From: Anaeromyxobacteraceae bacterium
Lineage (GTDB): Bacteria; Myxococcota; Myxococcia; Myxococcales; Anaeromyxobacteraceae
NCBI GenBank assembly: GCA_032654565.1
Contig: JAULAX010000015.1
Coordinates: 224,001-288,000 of the forward strand
Direction: 5' to 3'
DNA length: 64,000 nt
The position numbers were made by a program, and so were the translations under genes. Shown here piece after piece: positions 11,749-22,303 of this stretch (position 1 is the stretch's first letter; each line of letters opens with the position of its first letter). Under the pieces are notes generated by a model. That model was not told the DNA's origin and did not search any database. It worked only from the letters and a program-made list of their open reading frames with translations.

Positions 11749-12033
11749 ATGATCCACCAGCTCTCGATCTTCCTGGAGAACCGCCCCGGCCAGCTGCTGG
11801 TCCCCTGCCCTCTGCTCGGCGACGCCGGCATCGACATCCTCGACCTGTCGCTGGCCGACACCGAGCGCTTCGGCATCCTCCGGCACATCGTCGAGGACTG
11901 GCAGCGGGCCCGGGGCCAGAGCGCCACGCTGCTGGCCCGGGTGGAGGACCCGGCGGCGGCGGCGGTGCGGCTGGCCCAGCACGGGGTGCGGCTGGTGGCG
12001 GCCGAGGAGCTGCTGGCGAGCGCGCGGCGGTAG
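11749..12033 (+). CDS. ACT-domain protein, apparently internally shortened
   Basis: MIHQLSIFLENRPG...LSLADT.RFGILR typical of the paaK-linked ACT protein; only 94 aa. Confidence 0.75.
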   Translation: MIHQLSIFLENRPGQLLVPCPLLGDAGIDILDLSLADTERFGILRHIVEDWQRARGQSATLLARVEDPAAAAVRLAQHGVRLVAAEELLASARR

Positions 12034-12095
12034 GGCGCCGCCGGTCGCCCCGGTCACCCCGGCCAGCCGGGTCGGTCCGCGTGTGAGGGCGGTAG

Positions 12096-13190
<1,095 letters not shown>

Positions 13191-13334
13191 GACCGGCGCC
13201 GGGCCGCACCCTCCGTCACCGATTTGACACCCCGATGGGCTTGCATCCACCGGGAGGCGAGATCATATTGGAGGTGTCTGGCGCTTCATGGGGCGTGGAG
13301 GGCGGGTCGGGATGGCGCCAGCAGGAGGCGTCCC

Positions 13335-13577
13335 GTGACCACCACCCAGCTCTACCAGCTCTACTGTCAGTGTTACGGCGAGTTCTACCGCGAGCACGGC
13401 GGCGTGCTGCTGGCGCAGCGGCGACCGCTCTCCGGCGTCGAGGCGGTGGTGATGGAGTTCGCCGCCGAGGACGCCGCCAACGGCACCCCGCTCCGCTCCC
13501 CGGGCCAGTTCGAGGCCTGCATCGAGGCCGGGCTGGAGGCGCTCACCCCGCTCGGCCTGCGGCGCGGCGCGGCCTAG
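13335..13577 (+). CDS. Small hypothetical protein (80 aa)
   Basis: AGGAGG RBS before GTG 13335; GC-rich third positions. Confidence 0.65.
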   Translation: MTTTQLYQLYCQCYGEFYREHGGVLLAQRRPLSGVEAVVMEFAAEDAANGTPLRSPGQFEACIEAGLEALTPLGLRRGAA

Positions 13578-16500
13578 AGGGACGAAGTCGCAGCGGGACC
13601 AGCGCCAGCAGCAGGGCGAGCAGGGCCAGCGCGCCGCCGGTCGAGCCGGTGGAGCAGGACTGCGGCCTGGAGGTGATCGACCCGGCCGAGGTCGGGGCCG
13701 CTGACGCAGCCCGGGCGACGGTCGGCGGCGGCGCGACGCAGCGCGGATCGCCGTCGAGCGCCCCCAGCAGTCCCTCGAGACGCCGGCAGTGGTGGCGGTC
13801 GTCGTGGTGGCCGCCCGGGCGCCCGTCGTCGCTCTCGGCCAGGCTCGACGGACCGCCGTCGCGGCGGGTGTCGCCCGGCGCGCGGCCGTCCTTGTCCGCG
13901 CCGTCCTTCCCGTCCTTCTTGTCGCCGTCCTTGTCGTCCTCCTCCTCCACCTCTCCGGCGCGGAGCCGCACCACCAGCTGGCTGGAGGCCGAGGTGTTGC
14001 CGGTGCTGTCGCGGGCCGCCAGGCTGAGCGCGTAGCGGCGGGTGTGGCCCTCGTGGCGGTCGATGCGCAGGCAGACGTGGTCGGGGAAGACCACCACGTC
14101 GGCGGGGGCCGGCGCCGGGGCCAGGTCGTCGTCGTCGTCGTCGCGGTCTTCGCCGTGGTGGTCGCCGTCGCGGTGGTCGTCGTGGTCGTGGCGCCGCTCC
14201 AGCCGGACCGCCCCGGTGAAGAGGGCGGAGGAGGCCGGGTCGCAGGCGTCGGTGGCGGTGACGTGCAGGTCGGCGTCGAGCCGGACCACCGCCCAGTCGC
14301 CGGCCGGGGCCCGGGCGCAGTACGGGCCGGGGTGGGGGAGCGTCAGCTGGGGAGGTGAGCTGTCGACGATCTGCACCTGCAGCGGCCGCACCGCCCAGTT
14401 GCCCAGGAAGTCGTTGCGGGGGTTGGCCACGTGGTCGTTGAAGGTCCAGTTGACCTGGTAGCTGCCGGGCCGGTTGAAGACCGTGGGGTCGCTGGTGGTG
14501 ACGGTGAGGCCGGTCTCGGCGCAGTTGTCGACCGCCGCCGGCGGGGCCACCGAGAGGCCGCACTCGCCCACCAGCGTGGTGAGCGGTCCGCCCGCCGGCC
14601 AGGGGGCGCTGAGGTCCCAGGTGGTGGAGCCGCCGGAGAGCGGGAAGGGCATGGCCAGCGTGGGCGGGTTGGCCGGGACGAACCCGCCGGAGAGGCCGGC
14701 CTCGTCGGGCGGGGCCAGGCCGAGGTCGGCCGGGCGCTCGATGCCCGGCACCAGCGGGCCGGTGAAGATCTTCTGGAAGACCTCCTTGTTGGCCAGGCAG
14801 TCCTGCCAGAAGCGGAAGCCCTCGGGGAAGGCGCGGCCGTAGTGGCGCTGGTCCGGGTAGCCGGCGTCGACCCCGCGCCGCGGGTAGGGCGGTGCGGTCT
14901 CCTGCCACTGGTGGTTGCCGTCGATGGAGAGGACGCTGCCGAGCAGCAGGTTGAAGGGGTCGGTGGGGGAGTAGAGGTCGGGGCCGTAGGCGGACTCCTG
15001 GACCCCGGCGATCCGGGCCAGCCGGTTCAGCTCGGCGGGGCCGAGCAGCACCAGCTTGGAGAGGACGATGGCGTTGCGCACCACCGCGTAGGCCTCCGGG
15101 TCGAAGGTGCCGGCGGCGGTCTTGTGCATCTCGCCGTGCACGCGGGCCACGATGTCGGGGATGAGCAGCAGCCCCTTGGACGAGGAGTCGGCGGCGAACT
15201 GGTTGGTGAGGGCGGTCTCGCTGGTCCGCTCCAGGCGGAAGCTGGCGATGAGGAACATCAGGCTGTCCTCGCCGGTGACGTTGCCGATCACCTCCAGCCC
15301 CTTGGCCTCGATGACCGGCTTGATCTCGGTGTCGATGATCTCCTGGACCTTCTGGAGCGGGTCGACCAGCCAGCCGAAGAGGCCGAGGTTCCTGGAGATG
15401 TCCTCGCGGGCGGTGGCCACGCCGGTGGAGATGTCGCCGACCACGTCGATGGCGGTGCAGAGCGGCAGGTTGGCGATGCTGGGGAGGGCGGCGAAGGAGG
15501 AGGCGTGCAGGCAGGCCCAGTCGAGCAGCGGCTCGGTGGGCTTCCCCCCCGGCGTCATCAGCTCGATGGAGACCTTGCGGCTGGTCACCACGTAGTCCTC
15601 GATGGCCCACTCGACGTCGGCCTTCCAGAACCGGATGGGGACGACCGCCCCCTCCACGGTCAGCTTGTTGGTCAGCTTGGCCGCCTCGAGCGTCAGCTGC
15701 AGACCCTCCAGCGAGAGCTGCAGGGTGGCGACGGTGGCGCAGGCGGTGGCGATGGTCGGCTCCGGCACGGCGCAGGCCACCCACCAGGGGATGGGGCAGT
15801 GCTGGCCCGGCACGATCGAGCAGGGATCGACGGTGAGCCAGGCGGTCAGCCGGTCGATCTCCCCCTGGGCGTCCTCGAGCGCCTTCTCGGCGTCGGTGAG
15901 GGCCTTGTTCACCGTCTCGAGCGCCGCCTCGGTCTCGGCCAGCAGCCGGTCGAGCTGGGCCCAGACCTCGTACATGGCCGCCAGGTGGCCGGTGGTGGCC
16001 CCGCCCAGCCGGTACTGCGCGGCCACCTCGGGGTTGAGGATGGCGAAGTCGCGCACGAAGGTGGAGGGCAGGTCGAGCCGCTCCCGGGTCTGGAAGGTGA
16101 TGCCGGCCTCGTCGACCAGCGGCGGGGTCCGGTCGCGGATGAAGTCCTCGAGCTTCATGTGGCGGAGCTCCACGTCCACCTCGCCGTCCATGAGGGAGAA
16201 GATGTCGCCCGCGTAGCTGTTGACGTAGGTGTGGGAGAAGACGTCGGAGGCGGCGTGGGTGAGGTAGCCGAGCGCGAAGGCGTAGGCGGCGGCGCGGTCG
16301 GCGGGGCTGGCGGTGGCGGCGCGGCGCATCACGAAGCGGAGCCACTCGTCGGTGGTCCAGCCGCCCGGCTGGTTCGCCAGCCCCGGGTGCGTGGTCATCT
16401 GGCCGCCCACCAGGTCGGGGAAGCCGTCGGGACCGATGCTCCCCATCCGGTAGGCACCGGGGTTGGCCTTGAGCATGGCGCAGACGCCGGGGTCCACCTC

Positions 16501-16665
16501 GAAGTCGACGTACGGGGCGATGGTGAGGCGGCAGTCGGGCGAGAGATCGTTGAGCACCTGCTGGGCGACCCAGACGTGGGTGTCGATCTTGAACGCGCGC
16601 GCCGGCGTCGGCGCCAGCAGGAGGACGGTGACCGCGAGGAGCATCCGCGCCGAGGTGGCTTGCAT
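13543..16665 (-). CDS. Secreted zinc-dependent phospholipase C / S1-P1-like protein with MYXO-CTERM-like tail
   Basis: Signal peptide ending ARA, mature FKIDTH, GSIGPD, GYLTHAASDVFSH, HMKLE. C-terminal SCS + hydrophobic helix + Arg cluster. Confidence 0.75.
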   Translation of the reverse strand: MQATSARMLLAVTVLLLAPTPARAFKIDTHVWVAQQVLNDLSPDCRLTIAPYVDFEVDPGVCAMLKANPGAYRMGSIGPDGFPDLVGGQMTTHPGLANQPGGWTTDEWLRFVMRRAATASPADRAAAYAFALGYLTHAASDVFSHTYVNSYAGDIFSLMDGEVDVELRHMKLEDFIRDRTPPLVDEAGITFQTRERLDLPSTFVRDFAILNPEVAAQYRLGGATTGHLAAMYEVWAQLDRLLAETEAALETVNKALTDAEKALEDAQGEIDRLTAWLTVDPCSIVPGQHCPIPWWVACAVPEPTIATACATVATLQLSLEGLQLTLEAAKLTNKLTVEGAVVPIRFWKADVEWAIEDYVVTSRKVSIELMTPGGKPTEPLLDWACLHASSFAALPSIANLPLCTAIDVVGDISTGVATAREDISRNLGLFGWLVDPLQKVQEIIDTEIKPVIEAKGLEVIGNVTGEDSLMFLIASFRLERTSETALTNQFAADSSSKGLLLIPDIVARVHGEMHKTAAGTFDPEAYAVVRNAIVLSKLVLLGPAELNRLARIAGVQESAYGPDLYSPTDPFNLLLGSVLSIDGNHQWQETAPPYPRRGVDAGYPDQRHYGRAFPEGFRFWQDCLANKEVFQKIFTGPLVPGIERPADLGLAPPDEAGLSGGFVPANPPTLAMPFPLSGGSTTWDLSAPWPAGGPLTTLVGECGLSVAPPAAVDNCAETGLTVTTSDPTVFNRPGSYQVNWTFNDHVANPRNDFLGNWAVRPLQVQIVDSSPPQLTLPHPGPYCARAPAGDWAVVRLDADLHVTATDACDPASSALFTGAVRLERRHDHDDHRDGDHHGEDRDDDDDDLAPAPAPADVVVFPDHVCLRIDRHEGHTRRYALSLAARDSTGNTSASSQLVVRLRAGEVEEEDDKDGDKKDGKDGADKDGRAPGDTRRDGGPSSLAESDDGRPGGHHDDRHHCRRLEGLLGALDGDPRCVAPPPTVARAASAAPTSAGSITSRPQSCSTGSTGGALALLALLLALVPLRLRPSRPRRAAGRAG

Positions 16666-16905
16666 GGCGACTCCCATCCGATGGCCGGCGGGTGACGACG
16701 CGGCGTCCCGCCGCGGGGGCGGAGGGGCGCGCGACCTTCACGGACCGGAAAGCAGAACCATGGGCGTTTGCGCACAGTCCGTAAAAACACACTTTGGGGT
16801 CCCGCTTTCGGGGCCCCCTTGGGCTCGGCTGGCCGACTTTGGGCCCGGCGGCGGGGCGCGACTCCCCGTCTTGTCGGAGCCGGAGGCGGGTGACAAAGTG
16901 CCGCC

Positions 16906-18846
16906 ATGCGCTCTCCTGTCGCAGTCCTGCTTCCGCTCGTCGCCGCGGCGACGCTGGCCGCCTGCTCCTCCTCGTCCGCGCCGGTCCCGCCGGTCACCCC
17001 CGTGGCGACCTGCGGCAACGGCCTCGTCGAGGCCGGCGAGGGGTGCGACGACGGCAACGGCACCAGCGGCGACGGCTGCTCGGCCGCCTGCGTGGTCGAG
17101 GCCGGCTACACCTGCACCGGCTCGCCCAGCGCCTGCATCAGCGGCGGCGCCGGCTGCGGCGACGGCGTCCGCTCCCCGACCGAGCAGTGCGACGACGGCG
17201 GCCACCTCAACCTCGACGGCTGCGACGCCAGCTGCCGCTTCGAGCAGGTGCTGCGCGCCAACCAGCTGGTGGTCGCCGCCGACACCAGCGCCACCTGCCC
17301 GGCCAACGCCTTCGGCGCCGCCGTCCCCATGGCGCTCGCCTGGACGCAGTTCAACGCCGCGCTGGCCGCCAGGCTCACCTCCGGCGAGCTCGGCCTGATG
17401 CTGCAGCTGAGCGGCCTCGACGACCTGTCCGGCGCGGCCGACGCCAGCCTCGAGGTCGGCGTCTTCAGCGGGCTGGTCCACCCGTCCACCACCTTCGACA
17501 ACAGCCAGCAGCGCGACCAGTGGTTCTCGACGGTGGCCGGGTCGGTGGGGCCGGATAGGCTCCCGCTGCGCCACCTCTCCGGGACGGCGGCCGGCGGCCT
17601 CATCACCGCGGGGCCCGGCCGCATCGACCTCCCCTTCTCGCTGCTTTCGGCGGTGCGGCCGCTGGCCCTGGCGAACGCCCGGATCCGCTTCACCGCGGCG
17701 GGGCTCTCGACGCCGGCGGCGGCGCTCGCCTCCTTCCCGCCCGGCCACCTGCCCGAGGAGCACCTGCTCTCCTCGCTGCAGTCGTTCCAGGCCGCCACCG
17801 CCGGGGAGCTCTGCGGCGGCATGGTGGCCGGCTCGCTGGCGACGTTGCCGATCGCCGCCCAGTTCCGCAGCTACTGCGGCAGCTACGCCGCCACCGCCAC
17901 CTTCCTCGACCTGCTGGTGAGCGGCTGCGGCGCCCTCTCGGTGGCCACGCAGCCCGACGGCGTCGATCCGGCGGCGCCGGCGCTGGGGCAGGGCGGGCCG
18001 TACCAGCTGGTGGCCGACGCCAGCAAGGCGGTGGTCGGCTGCAAGGACAGGTCCGGCGCCACCGTGGACCTGGCCGGCTGCCTCGCCGCCGCCACCTACT
18101 CCAGCCGCCTCACCTTCACCGCCGACCGGGTCATCGTCCGGCCGGCCTGCGGTGACGGGCAGGTGGCCGGCGGCGAGCAGTGCGACGACGGCAACCGCGG
18201 CGACGGCGACGGCTGCTCCTCCACCTGCACGGTGGAGACGGGGTTCCTCTGCCTCGGCGCCCCGAGCGTCTGCACCGCCACCTGCGGCGACGGGATGGTG
18301 GCTGGCGTCGAGGCCTGCGACGACGGCAACGGCACCGGCGGCGACGGCTGCTCGGCCGCCTGCCAGGTGGAGGCGGGCTACCGCTGCGTCGGGTCGCCCA
18401 GCGTCTGCACGCCCCCGGTCTGCGGCGACGGGATGCTCGACCCCGGCGAGCAGTGTGACGACGGCAACCTCACCGCGGGCGACGGCTGCGATCCGACCTG
18501 CCGGGTGGAGCCGGGCTTCTTCTGCGCCGGCGCGCCGAGCTCGTGCGGTCCGGTCTGCGGCGATGGCCTGGTCGTGGGCGGGGAGCCGTGCGACGACGGG
18601 AACAACACCCGCGGCGACGGTTGCGACCCGACCTGCCTGATCGAGCCCGGGTACAGTTGCAGCGGGTCGCCCAGCGTCTGCACGGCCACGGCCTGCGCCG
18701 GCGTCACCTGCGCCGCGCTCGACCCGTGCCACGACGTCGGCACCTGCAACCCGGCCACCGGCGCCTGCTCCAACCCGGTGAAGGCCGTCGGCACGGCCTG
18801 CGGGCCGGCCGGCCAGACCTGCGTCGCCGGGGTCTGCACCCCGTAG
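16906..18846 (+). CDS. Lipoprotein with Myxococcus cysteine-rich repeats (DUF4215-like)
   Basis: Lipobox LAAC; six CGDG..E.CDDGN...GDGC...C repeats flanking a central globular region. Confidence 0.85.
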   Translation: MRSPVAVLLPLVAAATLAACSSSSAPVPPVTPVATCGNGLVEAGEGCDDGNGTSGDGCSAACVVEAGYTCTGSPSACISGGAGCGDGVRSPTEQCDDGGHLNLDGCDASCRFEQVLRANQLVVAADTSATCPANAFGAAVPMALAWTQFNAALAARLTSGELGLMLQLSGLDDLSGAADASLEVGVFSGLVHPSTTFDNSQQRDQWFSTVAGSVGPDRLPLRHLSGTAAGGLITAGPGRIDLPFSLLSAVRPLALANARIRFTAAGLSTPAAALASFPPGHLPEEHLLSSLQSFQAATAGELCGGMVAGSLATLPIAAQFRSYCGSYAATATFLDLLVSGCGALSVATQPDGVDPAAPALGQGGPYQLVADASKAVVGCKDRSGATVDLAGCLAAATYSSRLTFTADRVIVRPACGDGQVAGGEQCDDGNRGDGDGCSSTCTVETGFLCLGAPSVCTATCGDGMVAGVEACDDGNGTGGDGCSAACQVEAGYRCVGSPSVCTPPVCGDGMLDPGEQCDDGNLTAGDGCDPTCRVEPGFFCAGAPSSCGPVCGDGLVVGGEPCDDGNNTRGDGCDPTCLIEPGYSCSGSPSVCTATACAGVTCAALDPCHDVGTCNPATGACSNPVKAVGTACGPAGQTCVAGVCTP

Positions 18847-18856
18847 CGGCGCGGCC

Positions 18857-21800
18857 CTAGCGCCTGAAGTTCAGGCCGGTGCGCGCCACGGTGCCGACCG
18901 GCACCGCCAGGGAGCCGGCCCGGTTGGTGAGCAGCCTGGCGGCCGCGGCCCGGTAGGGGGCCGGGAAGAGCGCCTCGAGGTTGGTGGTCTCGCGCGGGAA
19001 GCGGACCACCGACACCGCGGTCGAGATCACCGACGCCGCCGGGCCGCAGTTGAGGCAGAGCAGGTTGTCGCCCTCGTCCAGCTCGGTGACCAGGTCGAGG
19101 GCGTCGACCAGCAGGTAGACCTGCCGCCGCCCTGCCAGCTCCGGCCGGCCCCCGGTGGCGTCGAACCAGACCTCGGAGCGATCCCGGCCGAAGGGGGCGA
19201 GGCGCACCACCGCCGCGTCGGGCAGGACGATCTGGGCGGGGATGGTCCAGGGGGCGTTGGCCGAGAAGGCCAGGGTGACCGGGGCCTGCGAGAGTTCACC
19301 CTGGGTGACGGTGGAGTAGAGGTTGGAGGCCGGGGTCTGCTCGCTGCCGGGGATGACGCTGAACGGCCCGCTGGCCGTGGTGCGGGTGAGGAGCACCGTG
19401 GTGATGGGCGCCGCGACCCCCATGGCCTGGTTCATCACCGTGACCACCAGGCTGGCCTCCAGCCCGCCGAGGGTCGGCAGGGGCATGCCCGACAGGCCGC
19501 TCAGCGCCGAGCTGAAGGTCACCTCGACCCGGTTGTTCAGGGTGTAGGGCTCGGGCGTCCCCCGGGTGCGGCTGAGCCGGACGGTCATGGTCGACGGCCC
19601 GGTCAGCATCGGAGGCCCGATGCCGGTGGAGGCGCGAGTGCGGATGGACGCCGCGCCTCCGGGGAGCAGCCAGGAGCGGGTGCCGGGCTGCAGGTTGAGC
19701 TCGGGCTGGTCGACGCGGATGACTGCGGTGCTGTAGTCCGGCAGGCCGCTGGGGACCACCACCCGCCTGGAGTCCACCACCCTCGCCCCGTCCAGTAGCT
19801 CCCAGTCGAAGTCGGTCAGCTCCAGCCCCTCGGCCGAGGCGTTCCTCACCCGGACCTCGACCCACAGGCCGAGGCTGATGGCGGACTCGACCAGCAGGTC
19901 GGCGTTCGAGGCGCGCGGCAGCAGCTCCACGGCGCGATAGGCCCGCTCCACCATGGCGCAGTCGTGGTTGAGCGCGCCGCTCTGGCCGGTGAGCAGCGCC
20001 TCGAACACCCCGCCCAGGCGGCAGCGGGCCAGGACCACGGCGGCGAACTCCTCCAGGCCGATGTGCGGGCCGAGCCGCCCGTGGAGGTTGCTGGTGCGGA
20101 TCAGGTCGAGCACCTTGGCGGCCCCGAGGGGCTCGACCTGCAGGCCGTTGAACCAGCCCCCCTGGATCATCAGCCAGTGGGCCTTGTTGAGGATCCCGCT
20201 GTTGGTGTGGACGCCCCGGGCGTCGGTCCAGGTCTCGACGAACCGGGAGTACCGGTCGGGCTGCCCCTTGGCCGGCGGGTCCTGCATGCTCCTCATGCTG
20301 GAGATCGCCCCGAGGTCGCCATCGGCGAGCCGGTCGGTGGCGGCGTTCACGGTGAGCGCGACCCCGAAGAGGTCGGCCAGTGACTCGGAGAGCGCGCCGG
20401 ACTCGTAGTCATACTCCAGGCCGGAGCTGGCCTCGACCACGTTGTGCATGAACTCGTGGCCGACCACCTCGAGGTCGGCGGCCAGGGTCAGGCCGGCCGG
20501 GTTGGTGGCGGCGCCGCCGGCGAGGATGTAGCCGCCCGCGCCCCAGGCGTTGTAGGAGGGGGTCCCGCTGGCGCTCGGCCGGGCGTTGACCAGGAAGCCG
20601 AGGTGCGCGCCGCGGCCGTCCCAGCTCCGCCAGCCGCGCGCCGCCCACCAGTCGAGCGTCGCCTGGACGTTGCGGCTGGCCAGGGTGAGCTGGGGCTTGG
20701 TGCCGGAGTAGCCCGCCGTGGGGTCGAAGGCGGTGGCCGTGGGGGACGGGTTGGCCTGGCTGTACGGGGTGACGCCCACGAACGGGTCGCCGCCGTCCAT
20801 CATCGAGAGCCAGTTGTTGGGGCTGAACGGGCGGGTGGCGCCGGAGAGGTAGTTGGAGCCGAAGCCCATGTAGAGCCGCCCATCGCGGCGGCAGGCCAGC
20901 ACCGGCCGGATGATCCCCTTCTCGTCCGGGGCGGTGGCGGAGATGAGCGTGGCCGGCTCGTCGTGCCATGCGGTGGGGAGGTTGTCGTAGGCGCGGATCA
21001 GGCCGCCGGTCCTGGCGTCCAGGTACAGCACCGCCTCGTCGATGGCCCGGCGAACCCGGAGCTGGTAGGCGAGGCGCAGCTTCGCGCCGGGGGCCTCGGC
21101 CTCCGGCAGCAGGACCAGCATGGCGCTGGAGGTCACGCCGGGGTCGGCGAGCCGGACCCCGGAGAGCCAGCCCAGCTCCGGCTGCTCGCCGGTGGCCAGC
21201 CTGGCCATGGCCGGGTCGGCCCAGGTGGCGACGCCGGCCCCGGAGTAGGCGGGCTTCAGGTCCAGGGCGGTGCGGTCGACGGGGAGCAGCCGCATCACCG
21301 CGGAGTAGAGGTTCCCCTGGGCGTCGAACTGGCCGACGACGTACCGGCCCACCACCGGCAGGCCGCCGAGGTGCTGGTCGACCCGCGTGGCATAGACGCC
21401 GGTCGGATTGGGCTGCTTGTCGTCCTCGTTCAGCTCCGGGTTGGCCAGGTCCAGGCTGACCTTGAGCTCGGAGAGGACGCCGCTGTCGGGCGTCGGCAGG
21501 CCGAAGAGCGGGTGGTGGCGCGAGATGAAGGTGATGAGCGCCGAGGCCCTGCCGGCGGCCAGCGGCCCGTGGCTGAGCTCGAGCGGCGCCGGGACCGGGA
21601 TGGCGGCGGCGGTGAGCCCGGCCTCGATGCTCGGGGGCAGGGTCTGGATGTGGACCGGGTAGCCGTGGAGCTGGCTGAAGCGCACCTCGGTGCCGGGGGG
21701 CGCGGTGGCCTGGAGGGCCCGGGCGCCGTCCAGGGCGGCCTGGGCGGGCGGCACCAGGGCACGGGGGCCGTTCGGCCGTGCCGGTCCGGGGGTCGAGCCG

Positions 21801-21889
21801 GCGCTGCAGCCGCCGCTCCCCAGGGTGACGGCCAGGAGCGTGGTGAGCCGGAGGATGGCGAGCGACGGGGGGCGGCGGCGAAGAGGCAT
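18857..21889 (-). CDS. M4 (thermolysin-like) metallopeptidase with propeptide and C-terminal beta-rich domains
   Basis: NAW, VVGHEFMH, ESGALSESLAD and GVHTNSGI motifs. Start codon uncertain. Confidence 0.85.
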   Translation of the reverse strand: MPLRRRPPSLAILRLTTLLAVTLGSGGCSAGSTPGPARPNGPRALVPPAQAALDGARALQATAPPGTEVRFSQLHGYPVHIQTLPPSIEAGLTAAAIPVPAPLELSHGPLAAGRASALITFISRHHPLFGLPTPDSGVLSELKVSLDLANPELNEDDKQPNPTGVYATRVDQHLGGLPVVGRYVVGQFDAQGNLYSAVMRLLPVDRTALDLKPAYSGAGVATWADPAMARLATGEQPELGWLSGVRLADPGVTSSAMLVLLPEAEAPGAKLRLAYQLRVRRAIDEAVLYLDARTGGLIRAYDNLPTAWHDEPATLISATAPDEKGIIRPVLACRRDGRLYMGFGSNYLSGATRPFSPNNWLSMMDGGDPFVGVTPYSQANPSPTATAFDPTAGYSGTKPQLTLASRNVQATLDWWAARGWRSWDGRGAHLGFLVNARPSASGTPSYNAWGAGGYILAGGAATNPAGLTLAADLEVVGHEFMHNVVEASSGLEYDYESGALSESLADLFGVALTVNAATDRLADGDLGAISSMRSMQDPPAKGQPDRYSRFVETWTDARGVHTNSGILNKAHWLMIQGGWFNGLQVEPLGAAKVLDLIRTSNLHGRLGPHIGLEEFAAVVLARCRLGGVFEALLTGQSGALNHDCAMVERAYRAVELLPRASNADLLVESAISLGLWVEVRVRNASAEGLELTDFDWELLDGARVVDSRRVVVPSGLPDYSTAVIRVDQPELNLQPGTRSWLLPGGAASIRTRASTGIGPPMLTGPSTMTVRLSRTRGTPEPYTLNNRVEVTFSSALSGLSGMPLPTLGGLEASLVVTVMNQAMGVAAPITTVLLTRTTASGPFSVIPGSEQTPASNLYSTVTQGELSQAPVTLAFSANAPWTIPAQIVLPDAAVVRLAPFGRDRSEVWFDATGGRPELAGRRQVYLLVDALDLVTELDEGDNLLCLNCGPAASVISTAVSVVRFPRETTNLEALFPAPYRAAAARLLTNRAGSLAVPVGTVARTGLNFRR

Positions 21890-22115
21890 GTGGCACCCGG
21901 TCGAGTGGAGTGGCGCAGGGTTCCGGCGTGGGGACGGCGCCAGTCTGGGCCGATCTTCACCATCTGTATACCTCCCGAATGGCTGACCCGAAGGCCTGGC
22001 CGTCCCGACGCCCGGGCCTGCCTTGCCTGCCCGACCGAGGGTTCCGCCGTTCGTCCGCTGGTCCGCGGATCGACCGGGGAGGCGCGGTGGCGATCGGGCC
22101 AAGTACCCGGATTCA

Positions 22116-22177
22116 CGGACGGGGAGATTACTCTCGGTCAGATCGTGCGGACGGCGGGATTACCCTCGGTCAGGTCG
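22116..22177. promoter_or_regulatory. Tandem 30-bp direct repeat in a divergent promoter region
   Basis: cggacggggagattactctcggtcagatcg (22116-22145) and cggacggcgggattaccctcggtcaggtcg (22148-22177), period 32. Confidence 0.55.
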
Positions 22178-22303
22178 GGGCTGACTTGTCCCCGGGTGAC
22201 GCGGCGCGCCAGCCGCCCCCGGCGGCCCACGGCCAAGCGCCCGCGAGGCGGCACCGCTATCTTGAGGCGGTGACCGGCGCCGCCCCGAGCGCCTCGAGGT
22301 GGC

